A stretch of DNA of 64,000 nucleotides from Paraspadella gotoi (taxonomy: Eukaryota; Animalia; Chaetognatha): the NCBI GenBank assembly GCA_051294375.1, contig CM119263.1, positions 15,165,374-15,229,373 on the forward strand, in the 5' to 3' direction. A model generated the notes under the pieces. It had not been told where the DNA came from, did no database searches, and worked only from the letters and a program-made list of their open reading frames with translations. Below, piece by piece: positions 10,269 to 21,960 of the stretch (its first letter is position 1; every line of letters starts with the position of its first letter). The position numbers and the translations under genes were made by a program.

Positions 10269-12770
10269 CTGGAAAAAGGAAGTTATTTTAACAAATTATT
10301 GAGACAAAATATCATTATCATAAATATAGTATAATATACTATATAGTATGTATATATAATGTATACTTAGTCACCCATATATTAATTATATAATTTTAAC
10401 CAAAGGAGTCAGTTAGTATCAATGTTTGAATTAATTCAAAATCTTAATTCGAACTGAAATATTAGTTCAAATATTGATTTAGAACAGTAAAAGTTCATTG
10501 ATAGGGAAGCAGTACTCTGGAAGTGAAAAACAAGACTGTGAGAGAATCTTGATTGAAAGCTCGAGGGATCTGCTATTCATATCCTTGTAAGAGTCATGAG
10601 GCCTTAAACGACCAAAGCCTGTCCAAAGTCAGGCGGTAAGATAGCTTATTTATTAATGAATGGATAATTTTTTATATTGGTTGTACCCAATTTCATGAAA
10701 ACCGATAACTTCAAAAATGACGTAAGTTTAACTAATTGCGAAATTTAAATTGCCTAAACATCAGCAACGTGAAAGAAACTTACTTATCACACCCCAAACC
10801 AAATCACACCCCTTACCTTTGTCTTGTTCCAAGATTCAACAGAACCATATTGGAGTGGAGCTCTCGAGAACAAAAAATTGATATTAAAATCAATTAACTG
10901 AAGAAGACAGTAATCTGGTTACGTGTTAGTGACAGAACCGTTCATTATAAGCATTAAAGCAGTCCCTGAGCTTCGGATCAGGCTGTAACACCATGTTACA
11001 GGCGGTTTAAGCGCACCCGTCCTTAACTGCTAGGCGACCACGGGCTAAAAACCCGGGATCCTTTGGTTGGGAAGTTCCGAATGACTTGCCTCCGCACAAT
11101 GGCCGCTGATGAACGCGTTGTGGATTATAGTCCACCATATAACAATATTTTAAATAATTTTAATGCGAAAATAGTATGATTATGGTTTAATGGAGTACAT
11201 AATTTTTTTTTTTATAGTTTACAGGACAGAAAATAAAAATGCATATATCTTAAAATTTACCAAATTGTAAAAAAAGCTCAAAATTCTCCCCTTTGTTATC
11301 TGTCACTGTAAGTAGAACCTATTACTGTGAATAAAACTATTTTATGAAAGAATTCCGAATCTGTTTATTTAAGTTTTATAGTATTAAGTTTTACAATATA
11401 TTACTACCAATATTATTACAAAATACAATTCGCTCTAATTCTGTGTTTAATGGTACCGTTGTGCCAAAAAATAAGGGAATGAATTTTCTTAATTTATATA
11501 CCGAGGGCATAACAAAAAATAAGGGTCAGGGTTCGCCGAGATGGGATATCACTATTGCCCTCTTTTTTCCACAGTCTACAACATATCTTACTCAACGAAG
11601 ACCAAGGAATAGCTATCAACAAAGAATAGCTATTTCGTCTTAAATCCTACCTGATCCAGTTGTTGTATTGTCGGGTTTCCGCTGACTTCAAAATTTCCTC
11701 AAAAGTTTTCTCAAAAATTCGCGAATTATTTTCTGTGATCTTCATACCGAACATCCCGCGCCAAGAATCGGCACGTTGTGCATCTTGTTGTCCACGCATC
11801 ACGTGTACATGTGAATGCCCGACCCTCGTCCATTCTTTTCACCCCGATAACTTCATACGCGGTCGAAAATGAGCGAGGTTTAAAGATCGCGACTAGTGCC
11901 AACTGGAAGCAGAGGGGATCGGCCATGGGGAGCGATCGCCAGAGCCCGGCCGTTACTCTGGCTTCGTAGTTCGGGATACTTGTCTGTGTTAAAACGAGCC
12001 GAGTAATTAATTTTGATTAGCTAATTTCCGTGATACGTCCGACTGTTTTTCAGTGAAAGTCTATAACCATTAGCGCGGAGTATAAATACAAAACTTTCAA
12101 AGTTCTTTCTTGTGCCCCTTAGATTTTGGAATTAGTGTAGTCGTTATGCCCCTAGAAGTAAAAAAGCCAATATTCTTTCTGGCCCAGTTTTCCCGTCCTA
12201 TCGAGTTTATAATAACGACGAAGCTGAATGATGCAAAAAAAATTGAACAAAAATCTGACAAAAAGTATATTTGATTCTGATTTGATTTTTTTATGTAATA
12301 TTAGCTAAAATAACAAAAATTATTATTATTTTTATTTCGAAATCTAAAATATAAGATATTGTTTTAACTCGAAATATTTATTTAGCTTTTTTAGTATGGT
12401 TTTTTTATTACGAAACAAAAAAAAAGCAAAACGAGACATGAGGGCCTCTCAGGTAATACTGCCTTCACAGCGTACTGGATGGAGAAAAAAAGGATTAATA
12501 TATTATTATTTTAGCTTACTAATAATATAATAATATATTTCTAATATATAATATTAATAATATAATAATCAATATTAAGGTTTACAACGGTCACAATTGG
12601 GTTAAAGGCTTCTAGCCTGAAAGTTTTCCAGCCCCACTATAGTAAAACCATTTATTTTATCTTATGAAGAATCACAGTAGCCGAATCCCACAGTTTCTGA
12701 TAACCAGTGACAGTAATGATTGTGAGAGACACCAACTGCTTAATGCAGAACTATCAGGGCTCAACCCTGA
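10028..12770 (-). CDS. Spliced gene of an uncharacterised glycosyltransferase-like (DxD, GT-A-like) family; multiply frameshifted (sequencing error or pseudogene); 5' end not found
   Basis: Manual minus-strand translation across frameshifts gives family motifs in the expected order, in AG/GT-bounded blocks. 12649-12770: SSWC...GYQK(T)VGFGY. 12433-12474: RQYYLRG. 12037-12223: LRRYY... 11651-11983: GLWRSLPMADPL..SRDL.SLIFDR.EVIGVKEW..HVMRDNKMHNVPILG.GMFGMK...LDQ. 10028-10268: PLANKDMVAHDSYLC..TPWP.QR..N.VGSTG..CP.LCRPKSFQDWLMC*. Family assignment is from recalled motifs, not a search. Confidence 0.75.
10497..10701 (+). repeat. Dispersed repeat family A, copy 1 (intronic)
   Basis: Shares gaagcagtactctgga...cttgtaagagt.atgaggccttaaac.accaa...gtccaaagtcagg..aagatagctt...ccaatttca with 21745-21960 and 53695-53963. 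Confidence 0.85.
10958..11135 (+). ncRNA. Candidate structured RNA element with partial HDV-like ribozyme topology
   Basis: GC-richer island in AT-rich intron. Hairpins: cctga-gc(ttcg)ga-tcagg, ctgtaaca(cca)tgttacag and gtgga(ttatag)tccac. Long-range pairs: agcagt 10958-63/actgct 11026-31 and ggttt 11004-08/aaacc 11049-53. Core-like AGGCGAC..GGCTAA present. Confidence 0.35.
11651..11983 (-). CDS. Core exon of the glycosyltransferase-like gene
   Basis: Acceptor aacacAG and donor cag|GTagga on the minus strand. Contains WRSLPMADPL, SRDL, HVMRDNKMHNVPILG, GMFG and ends in DQ. Several 1-2 nt indels are needed to keep frame. Confidence 0.8.
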
Positions 12771-14395
12771 CTAAAAAACGTACAATATGATAACAGATTA
12801 ACTTGAAGAATTTAAAACTTCTTTTTGTTAACAAAAGGAGTTTAATAAACATCGACTATATCTAATTTAATGACTTTATACAAAATGCGCCCAATGGATA
12901 AGAAATATGAAACAAGACAAGCAGCCACTTAAAAAGCCTATCAAACCCTCGAGGATTCATCAGGCAGCTTATCTAGCGCCATGACACCACCGAGGTAACA
13001 TTCAGTACGGATCACAGGCAGTTCTCTTGAGCGCCTTATGACACACTAAATAACAGGCTTCTAATAGGCCGCCTTAAATAAACTTGTTAGTATTCTAATT
13101 TAATTGCTAGCACATTGATAAAGTTGAGTAAGGAATTCATTATTTTTATTACTGCTAAAAATAATGTTTATTTAATATCTAAACTATTAATCAAGATTTT
13201 TTTTGTATCAGCTTTAGAACTGCTAATCGCGAAAGCAATTCTAGCACGTATGTACCCATCTCGGTTATTAAAACAGCAACATGAGCCGTCGGCAGGACAT
13301 GCTGTTTATTGTCCTTATTTAGATCGTTCACGATTTGTATTGTCGTATGGACAATGGGGAAGCAATGCATCTTTTCAATTTAATATTTTTTCCTAGTTCT
13401 TTTAATTGAAAGTGAACAAAGTTAAAGATTGATTCGGTTATAACAACATTTTCCCGAATCTATATATCAACTATACATTTATTTTGCATAAAATTCAAAA
13501 TTCGGAAGGCTTGAAGATCCTTACAGATTTGTCACAATGGTCGTTTGAGCCATTTTCTAACTTGAAAATCTTTTCAAGTGCTTGAGTTCCTATTTGTTGA
13601 ATCATCATCTGACAACATAGCTAAATACAAACTTTTCAAGGATGAGCATACCAGTGACTTTATATAAAGGCTTCAACAATTGTTTTTGTTTTGACAGTGA
13701 GGTACCCGAGTAATTGTATCTGATAAAAACAATTTTTGGAGCTACCTTGAGATCAGATAACATTCCACTCAAACCACATGACTGCATAATTCGATCAATA
13801 AATACAAATAACCTTCAGAGATTTTTTTTTAACTTCCCTTCAAGCCATTAAAGACATATATAGACGACATCACGCATAAAACGGGGTAAACCGATGAAAA
13901 GAATAAGTTTTATCGTTATACCGGAGTTTTTGATTCGCGGGAAATTAAGTATACTTTTCTTGTTTTATTTAATTTTCCCGCGTCGCAGTGGTCCACGTGT
14001 CTTTCTTTCTTTTTTTTTTGGTGCTGCCGGCGGGTTGGGGGCTTGCCGCGGCAGGCGGGGGGGTGTTTGGGTGGCGGCGGGCGTTGGCGGCGCGGCCTTT
14101 GGAGGGGGTGTAGGGCGTGGCGGCGGGGCGGTCATCAGACTGGGCCTATTTTGATGTAGGGGAGGCGGCGGACGCAGTTGGGGAGGAGAGAGAGAGAGGA
14201 GAAGAAGAGAGGAGGGAGCAGAGAGGGGAGGAGAGGAGAAGAGANNNNNNNNNNNNNNNNNNNNNNNNNAGAGAGAGAGAGATAGAGAGTCGTGATTAAA
14301 GGATGCATATTGATCTGCGATGAGGCGATGAATACATCGAATGATACAAGTCTCAAATCGCCGAACGGATCGACCAAACGAAAAACCGACCCTTA

Positions 14396-15476
14396 CGTGA
14401 AATGCGATTTTAAGGGATCATCGCCGAGAGGGTCATCTCGCTCTCGATCGTCGTCGTTGTTAAATCGCGGCTTCAAAACTTGGACCCTTAATTTCGTAAT
14501 CGAATGTTCGAGAAGATTGACACTGACATGCTCAATGAGCTCATACATCGTGGTCTCTGTCACTCTACTTGCGCTTGATCGAAAACGCAGGCTTTGGTCG
14601 CAGAGGTGTTGCCATATAAGGGGGCGATCGATCGAGAAAAAACGGCGGCAGCGCGTCGTCGTCGTCGCTTCTCCCGTCGCCGCCGAAGTCGTTTGTCGTA
14701 GATTATCGATGATTAGGCTCGATGCCTTTCTCATTAACGATACAGGGGGGCGCGATTAAAAAAAATGGGGGGGAAGCGACGAGGGGTGCCCTCCTCCCAT
14801 TAAACCCCTGGTCTAGTCAGGTGCTTTGAAACAAAAGAGACGCGCGAGCTCGTAAATCGGCCGCACCTTCTGCGCTGGGCGGGGACGGGATGGAAAGGTG
14901 CTGGAGAGGCGTTAATGAAAAAGAGGAGAAGGGGTCGGAGAGGGAACAGAGGATGAGTGGAGGATTCAAAAGTGGCGAAATCTGGGTGAAAAATTGCGTT
15001 CCATAAAACGTTAAATGAGGATGCAACTGTTCATTCCTTCGTTATGGAACTAAACTTTAACCTACAAAGTACATACCATTGTAGCTAGATGAAAAAAAAA
15101 TACTGGAATTCGATGTCACCTCAATTTCCATGATTATCCAATATCCATAAGACGCAGCCGACCCGGATTGAATCGCGCCGATGTAAGCAGCTGCTTCTTT
15201 GCCGCTTCTATGGTAACTGATACCGCAAATGGTACCAGCTGCAAATGAAGCGGAGGAATGAATCCTTGGGTTTCCCTTCAGATGCTGAGGGACTTCCTCT
15301 AGGATGCTGAGGCATACTCTCGGAAATGGCGGCCGTAGGCAAAATTTCCAGAGGAAGTCGATCCCAGCCGCTCGTCGATCAAGACGTGTCGAAGGCGATG
15401 TTAAACGAATGACTGGTTCCGTTCGTTGGCAAAGGATTGATATCGAGAGAGAGAAGAGAGAGGAGAGAGAGAGAGA

Positions 15477-15514
<38 letters not shown>

Positions 15515-16100
15515 AGAGCGAAGAAAAAGAGAGGAGAGAGAAGGTAGTCAAGTCTGCGTGCGAACTTTATCGGTTTGGCGATTTCTGGTCTCTATCCATT
15601 TCAAAAGACTCGGTGTTTTACCAATGAAAGATATTAGGAGCGAATTCCTGGTTTAGAAAAGAAATATGTTAAGCCTTATTCATATGGATTTTACATAACC
15701 TTCTTGCTCTCATCTTCCTGCTCTCTTTCTCTCTCCTCTCTCTCGTCTTCTCCGCCTCACGGTCTTTCTTCTGCCAATCGGTGCTTCTCTCTCTCTTACT
15801 CCGGCTTTCTGTTTTCCTCTCTCAGACCACCTCACTTAATTTCACTATTAGTTGACTGCTGAGCTATAAAACGAAAATAATACCCCCCCCTTTCTCTCTT
15901 TCTCTGTGTCTCTCTCAATTTCTTTCTTTCTCTCTTTCTCGCTTACAGAGGTTGACGACTTTTTGAAAACTTTTTCATGGAAATGAGTCTGAGGCCTGGA
16001 CCAAGCGAGGCCCCGCCTCGGTACAGCCTCGTCTCGCTCAGGGATGTCGGGGTGTCGGCTGCCAAGAGTTGCTTAAGACGCTTTTTCCAAATTGCGAAAA
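14396..16100 (-). CDS. Candidate chain of orphan exons, product unknown
   Basis: Open GC-richer blocks at ~15946-16100, 15567-15647, 15061-15430, 14808-14980 and 14396-14740. Donors include ct|GTAAGC and ac|GTAAGG, and two joins are phase-compatible. No recognisable domain. Confidence 0.25.
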
Positions 16101-17022
16101 ATGTTACTACTACTAGGGTTATTTTTAGTCCCATTATAAAAACGAGTCTTGCGATTAGGTTAATTCTGTTCATACCCGAGAAAAAAAACATTCATGTAGG
16201 CAAAGCGAGGCACTCAGTCGAGAAAATCATGTAAACAAAGTAGTGTTTTTTTTAACTTATTTTGTGTTTGTTTCTTAACGTCTCATAAGCCCAAACCTAA
16301 TCCAGCGACAAAAGCACTTCGTCCAACTTCTCCTCAACTCTTCTCCTCACATCGCCCTCTCTCCAACGCCCTCCTCAATGACCTTACCAGAACCACACCG
16401 CCCGCCCTTTCGCTCCGCTCGTTATCACCCGCGTCCCACTCCCCTCAGACTCACCCTCTTCTAACTCATCCTCGCCTCACCCTCGGCGGAAACGGGGAAC
16501 CATTTGGCTCGAAGGATGACCACGACTTTGGCTCCCGAGACTCGGAGACTCTCGAGCGAAAATTCTCATTTGCATTTCTAATCACCGACGGCACGAATTT
16601 GAAGATTCTCTTCCTCGTCGTCTTAGTCTACAACGATCATCTTTTCCTCATCTTCGGCTCCTATAGTTCTCGACTACTTGATCTACTTTTCATCTCATCT
16701 TCTCATCCCATGTATACTTCAACTTCTCGTCCGAAGCTCAGGTCCTCACCGTCATTAGCTTCTCTACTTCCTTCCTCTTCGTGTATTCGCCATAGTCGTC
16801 GTCGTCGTCGTCATCGTCGTTTTTGAGCTCCCCACGTGATCGGGAAGTGAATATCACGTGACGTGAACGATTAGGTCGAACGACGTTTCGTCCGCACGTT
16901 CCTGGAGATGTCCAGACTGCGCCTAAGTTTTTTCTTCATATTGTATCTCGCTCTCTCACGCCCTCTTTCTCTTTTTTCCTCTTCCCCTCTTCCCCTTTTT
17001 TCTTTTTTTCTTTCCATATTCC

Positions 17023-17091
17023 TAAATAAGTAAATAAGTAAATAAGTAAATAAATAAGTAAATAAATAAGTAAATAAGTAAATAAGTAAAT
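17023..17091. repeat. (TAAATAAG)n repeat
   Basis: Direct observation, with interspersed TAAA units. Confidence 0.9.
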
Positions 17092-17186
17092 ATTTCTTGT
17101 TTTTCTCTTTCTCTTTTAAGGTTTATTCGCGGATGTTTCTCAGTTTAGGCTTTCGCTCTTATTTTCTTTTTCTCCCTCTGGCTCTC

Positions 17187-17242
<56 letters not shown>

Positions 17243-17348
17243 ATCGAAGTTATTTTCGGTTCGTTCTCCGTTTCTCTCTTTTTCGCTGTGACTCGGACGG
17301 ACGTGGAATTTACAGCTTTTCCCAGGGTGGTCGTGATGGCGACGCAAT

Positions 17349-17981
17349 GGGAAGCAGAAAGGAGCAGGGCGGAGCTGAGAGGAGCGGAAAGGATGAGGGC
17401 GGAGCTTAGGGGAGCGGAAAAGGAGCAGGCGGAGCTGAAGAGGAGCGGAAAAGGATGAAGGGCCGGATGCTTAGGGGAGCGAGAGGAGCAGGCGGACTGA
17501 GAGGAAGCGGAAAGGTGAGGCGAGCTTTAGGGGAGCGGAGAGGAGCAGAGGCGGAGCTGAGGGGAGCGGAAAGGATGAGGGCGGAGCTAGGGGAGCGGAG
17601 AGGAGCAGGCGAGCTGAGAGGAGCGGAAAGGATGAGGGCGGAGCTTAGGGGAGCGAGAAGGAAGCAGGGCCGGAGCTGAGGGGAGCGGAAAGGATGAGGG
17701 CGGAGCTTAGGGGAAGCGGAGAGGAGCAGGCGAGAGCTGAGGGGAGCGGAATGGATGAGGCCGGAGCTTAGGGGAGCGGAAAGGAGCAGGCGGAGCTGAG
17801 GGGAGCGAAAAGGATGAAGGGCGGAGCTTAGGGGATGCGGAGAGGAGCAGGCGGAGCTGAGGGGGAGCGGAGAGGAGCAAGGCGGAGCTGAGGGGAGGCG
17901 GAAAAGGAGTAGGGGCGGATCTGAGGGGAGCGGAAAGGAGCGGAGGCAAGCTGAGGAGAGCGGAAAGGAAGGGCGGAGCTG
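17349..17981 (+). repeat. G-rich minisatellite, ~29-30 bp units alternating two variants (~58-bp dimer)
   Basis: Units ggagcggaaaggatgagggcggagcttagg and ggagcggagaggagcaggcggagctgagg alternate for about 21 units. Confidence 0.9.
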
Positions 17982-19223
17982 TGCAGGCACAAAAAGGGGC
18001 AGAAAGTAATGGGGCGAAGTTGGGGAGTAGCAGAAAAGAGTAAATAGGAAGCCGTGTTGACGTGACAAAGAGGGGAAGAAAAGAGAAACCCGATCGTAAG
18101 GTTCAAAGAACAAGGGAGAGAGGAAAAAGAGCAGGGCAAATAGAGAAAAAAGCAGATTCTGCGGGATAAATGCAGAAATGGTTGGACAGAGTGGAGGAGT
18201 TTGGGCAGCTGAGACTGAATGAAAAAAGGCTATATATAGCGCAGAATGCCATTAATGCCTGAACAGAGAAACATGTAGGTGAAGAAAATTGAGCAATAAG
18301 ATTAATTAAAATTAAATTATATAGTAAACAACGAAAATAAAAGAAAACAATCGAAATAACAGGATTAGATATTCGTGGGCGTACGGCGGCCCTGACCGGG
18401 GGGGAGCAGTAGGGGGAGTGGCAAAGAGGACAAACGCGCGAGGGGCACGCAAATGGGCGATTCCGCTTGCCCGAAAAAATCTCTCAGCTAAAAATATATC
18501 GCCTCTTTTTCTTTTTCTTCGATTCCACAGGATTTATCTGCATCCCCCCTTCTCTCATAATTCTCGNNNNNNNNNNNNNNNNNNNNNNNNNTGAGGGGAG
18601 CGGAAAGGAGCGGAGCAAAGCTGAGGGGAGCGGAAAGGAAAGGGCGGAGCTGTGAGTAGCCAAAAGGGGCAGAAAGTAATGGGGCGAAGTGGGGAGTAGC
18701 AGAAAAGAGTAAATAGGAGCGTGTTGACGTGACAAGGGGAAGAAAAGAGAAACCGGATCGTAAGGTTCAAAGAACAAGGGAGAGAAGGAAAAAGAGCAGG
18801 GCAAAATAGAAAAAAAGCAGGATTCTGCGGGATAATGCAGAAAATGGTTGGACAGAGTGGAGGAGTTTGGAGCTGAGACTGAATGAAAAAAGGCTATATA
18901 TAGCGCAGAATGCCTTAATGCCTGAACAGAGAACATGTCGGGTGAAGAAAATTGAGCAATAAGATTAATTAAAATTAATTATATAGTAAACAACGAAAAT
19001 AAAAGAAAACAATCGAAATAAAAGGATTAGATATTCGTGGCGACGGCGGCCTGACGGGGGGGAGCAGAGGGGGCGTGGCAAAGAGGACAAACGCGGGGCA
19101 CGCAATGGCGATTCCCTTGCGAAAAAATCTCTCGCCTAAAAATATATCGCCTCTTTTTTCTTTTCTTCGATTCCAACAGGATTTATCTCATCCCCATTCT
19201 CTCATAATTTCTCATTTCCGGAG
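17921..19223 (+). repeat. Direct duplication 17921-18566 / 18592-~19215 around a 25-N gap (probable assembly artefact)
   Basis: The two copies are colinear and differ mainly by single-base indels. Confidence 0.9.
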
Positions 19224-19332
19224 ANNNNNNNNNNNNNNNNNNNNNNNNNNNNNNNNNNNNNNNNNNNNNNNNNNNNNNNNNNNNNNNNNNNNNNNNNNNN
19301 NNNNNNNNNNNNNNNNNNNNNNNNNNNNNNNN

Positions 19333-19367
<35 letters not shown>

Positions 19368-19910
19368 GAATAAAGTAAAAGAAAGAAAGAGAGAGTGAGA
19401 GAGAGATTTGATATTTTTCGGCGAGGAAAGACGTTGCGAAACGAGGAGGAAATATTTCTTGTTTAACGATTAATTAAGAAAAGGCGACAGAGACAGAGTT
19501 CCTGCTCAAGTTAAGAGTGAGGAGAGAAAAGGAGAGAGAGAAAGAAAAGAGGATAGATGAGAGAAAGAGAGAAATAGGGCAGGAGAGAGAAAGAAAGAAA
19601 GAGTCTTTATCTTATAATCATATTATTTCTGTGTCTCTTTCTCACTCCCTCTCTCTCTCTCTCCCTCTCTGACTCGGTCTTTCTTTACATTCTCCCGCGA
19701 GCGAGCCTGCTTTTTCATTACGCCACATTTAGTCGGACGCCACCTTTGACCTCACCTATGTTCGTGACCTCGCTCCATTTCATCATTCCTTTTCTTTTTA
19801 CTGCTCCTATTCTTGGCTTCCGCTCGCCCTCTCCCCTTACCCTCGCATTTCGAACGGACCTCCTTTTCCGCCGGGGACGCTCGGACCTATCCTTACCTAC
19901 CGCCGCGTTT

Positions 19911-19979
19911 GTCCAACCGTCCGTCCGTCCGTCCGTCCGTCCGCCCACCCGTCCGCCCGTCCTTCCGTCCTTCCGTCCC
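19911..19979. repeat. (CCGT)n tetranucleotide repeat, degenerate
   Basis: Direct observation. Confidence 0.85.
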
Positions 19980-20070
19980 TCAGCTTTTGTTATCTTTTTC
20001 TGTCGAGTTCTCGCGATCACCGCCCACTTTCGACTGGAGGGAACTAACTGCTCTCCACCTCTCTTTCTAG

Positions 20071-20700
20071 GCTTTTCATTCGGTCTTCATCTACCTTNNN
20101 NNNNNNNNNNNNNNNNNNNNNNNNNNNNNNNNNNNNNNNNNNNNNNNNNNNNNNNNNNNNNNNNNNNNNNNNNNNNNNNNNNNNNNNNNNNNNNNNNNNN
20201 NNNNNNNNNNNNNNNNNNNNNNNNNNNNNNNNNNNNNNNNNNNNNNNNNNNNNNNNNNNNNNNNNNNNNNNNNNNNNNNNNNNNNNNNNNNNNNNNNNNN
20301 NNNNNNNNNNNNNNNNNNNNNNNNNNNNNNNNNNNNNNNNNNNNNNNNNNNNNNNNNNNNNNNNNNNNNNNNNNNNNNNNNNNNNNNNNNNNNNNNNNNN
20401 NNNNNNNNNNNNNNNNNNNNNNNNNNNNNNNNNNNNNNNNNNNNNNNNNNNNNNNNNNNNNNNNNNNNNNNNNNNNNNNNNNNNNNNNNNNNNNNNNNNN
20501 NNNNNNNNNNNNNNNNNNNNNNNNNNNNNNNNNNNNNNNNNNNNNNNNNNNNNNNNNNNNNNNNNNNNNNNNNNNNNNNNNNNNNNNNNNNNNNNNNNNN
20601 NNNNNNNNNNNNNNNNNNNNNNNNNNNNNNNNNNNNNNNNNNNNTTCATTCGGTCTTCATCTAACTTTCTCTGCTTTTCATTCGATCTTCACCTACCTTT
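20071..20700 (+). repeat. ~30-bp minisatellite (ttttcattcggtcttcatctacctt..) probably spanning the N gap
   Basis: The same unit sits immediately before the gap and twice after it. Confidence 0.65.
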
Positions 20701-21744
20701 CTCTGCTTTTTTTTTCTATTTTCCGATTTGCCTATTTCGTCTTTTTTTCGTCTTTCTTTTTTTTTTTCCTTTTCCTTATTTTTTCTACCTTCACTCTTGC
20801 CCGGCGGCAATCCACCTCTCCTTTTATCATTTCTTCACTTTCTTACTTTCTTCGCTTTTATTTTTATTTCTTTTCAGTGTCCTATTTTTTCAATATTCTT
20901 TAATAAAGGCTTTATATATTGTCTGTTTAGTTCATCCCTTTCCTTTTCTGAGCCGCGAGCTTACCGAGCTATAAATGAGAGAGTTTTTGCAGATTGTTGT
21001 AAGATTGAATGATTGATTCCCCCCCCCCAAAAAAAGACGAACTAAAACATGAAAGATGGTAAGAATTCATAATTTTTCAATATGCATAAAGGCATAAAGC
21101 GATCGAAACGAACTAGAATCAACATTCGCAACTTCCATTTCTCATATTCTTTATTTTGTATTTCTTACAACGAATCTTGTCCCCCCCCTATAAAAACGAG
21201 AGAGAATAATGCGCATCCATCGATCGTCACCACTCCTCTTCCGACTTCATTGTTCAACAAGTTCTTTTTCATCGCCAATCAGCCCTACACAGATCTCCTC
21301 TCCCCTCTTCGACTGGAACTGCAGGACAAACCTCATCCTACCACTAATCAAACCATAAAGGGCGCGGCGAATTTTGGATTTGTGCCCGCGCAAAAAGCTT
21401 CTCTTGAAGCTCCTAATCACGGCATGCGTTTTGTCAATATTCCTGGTTGCGGGTCGATCTTACTGGTTAGCTTTTGATTTTTGACATTTAAAATTTTCAA
21501 AAATATTATTTTTCATTTAATAATGTGATTCTTTTCACTAGTATGTCGTCTACTAATCGTAGTGTGGCTTAAAAATTTATGATTTATAATGCTAACTAAT
21601 TAATAATGATTTTTGATTAGACCATATAAATACGAAGATAATTTAAATTGTTAAACCGAGACTAAGGCAATAAGCTCACTCTTACACTTGAACGCAGAAA
21701 GCGATGAACGTATTTGAAAATCTATGTGCAATTTGAATTTTTAA

Positions 21745-21960
21745 ATATTCTTGAAACATTATACCGCTTCCTTATAGGAGAAGCAGTACTCTGGAGTGTA
21801 TAAACAGACTGTGATGATCTTCATTAAAGATTGCAGAGACCTGCATTTATCTTGTAAGATGATGAGGCTTAAACCACCAATCCTGTCCAAAGTATATGGC
21901 AAGATAGCTTTAATTATTAAATAATGATAATTTTTTCTAATTAGTTGTTACCAATTTCAA
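21745..21960 (+). repeat. Dispersed repeat family A, copy 2
   Basis: Colinear similarity to 10497-10701 and 53695-53963. Confidence 0.85.

Noticed and set aside
10590-10625. atgaggccttaaa segment of repeat family A as hammerhead core
   Set aside because: Lacks CUGANGA and GAAA in all copies.
12570-12900. Degenerate LINE RT fragment (GYQKLWDS resembling DYQKAFDS)
   Set aside because: Better explained as the SxC...QK.VGF exon of the glycosyltransferase-like gene; no other RT motifs found.
12936-12966. Minus-strand CTGATGA plus palindromic stem as hammerhead ribozyme or C/D box
   Set aside because: No GAAA after stem II and no stem I/III; too short for a snoRNA.
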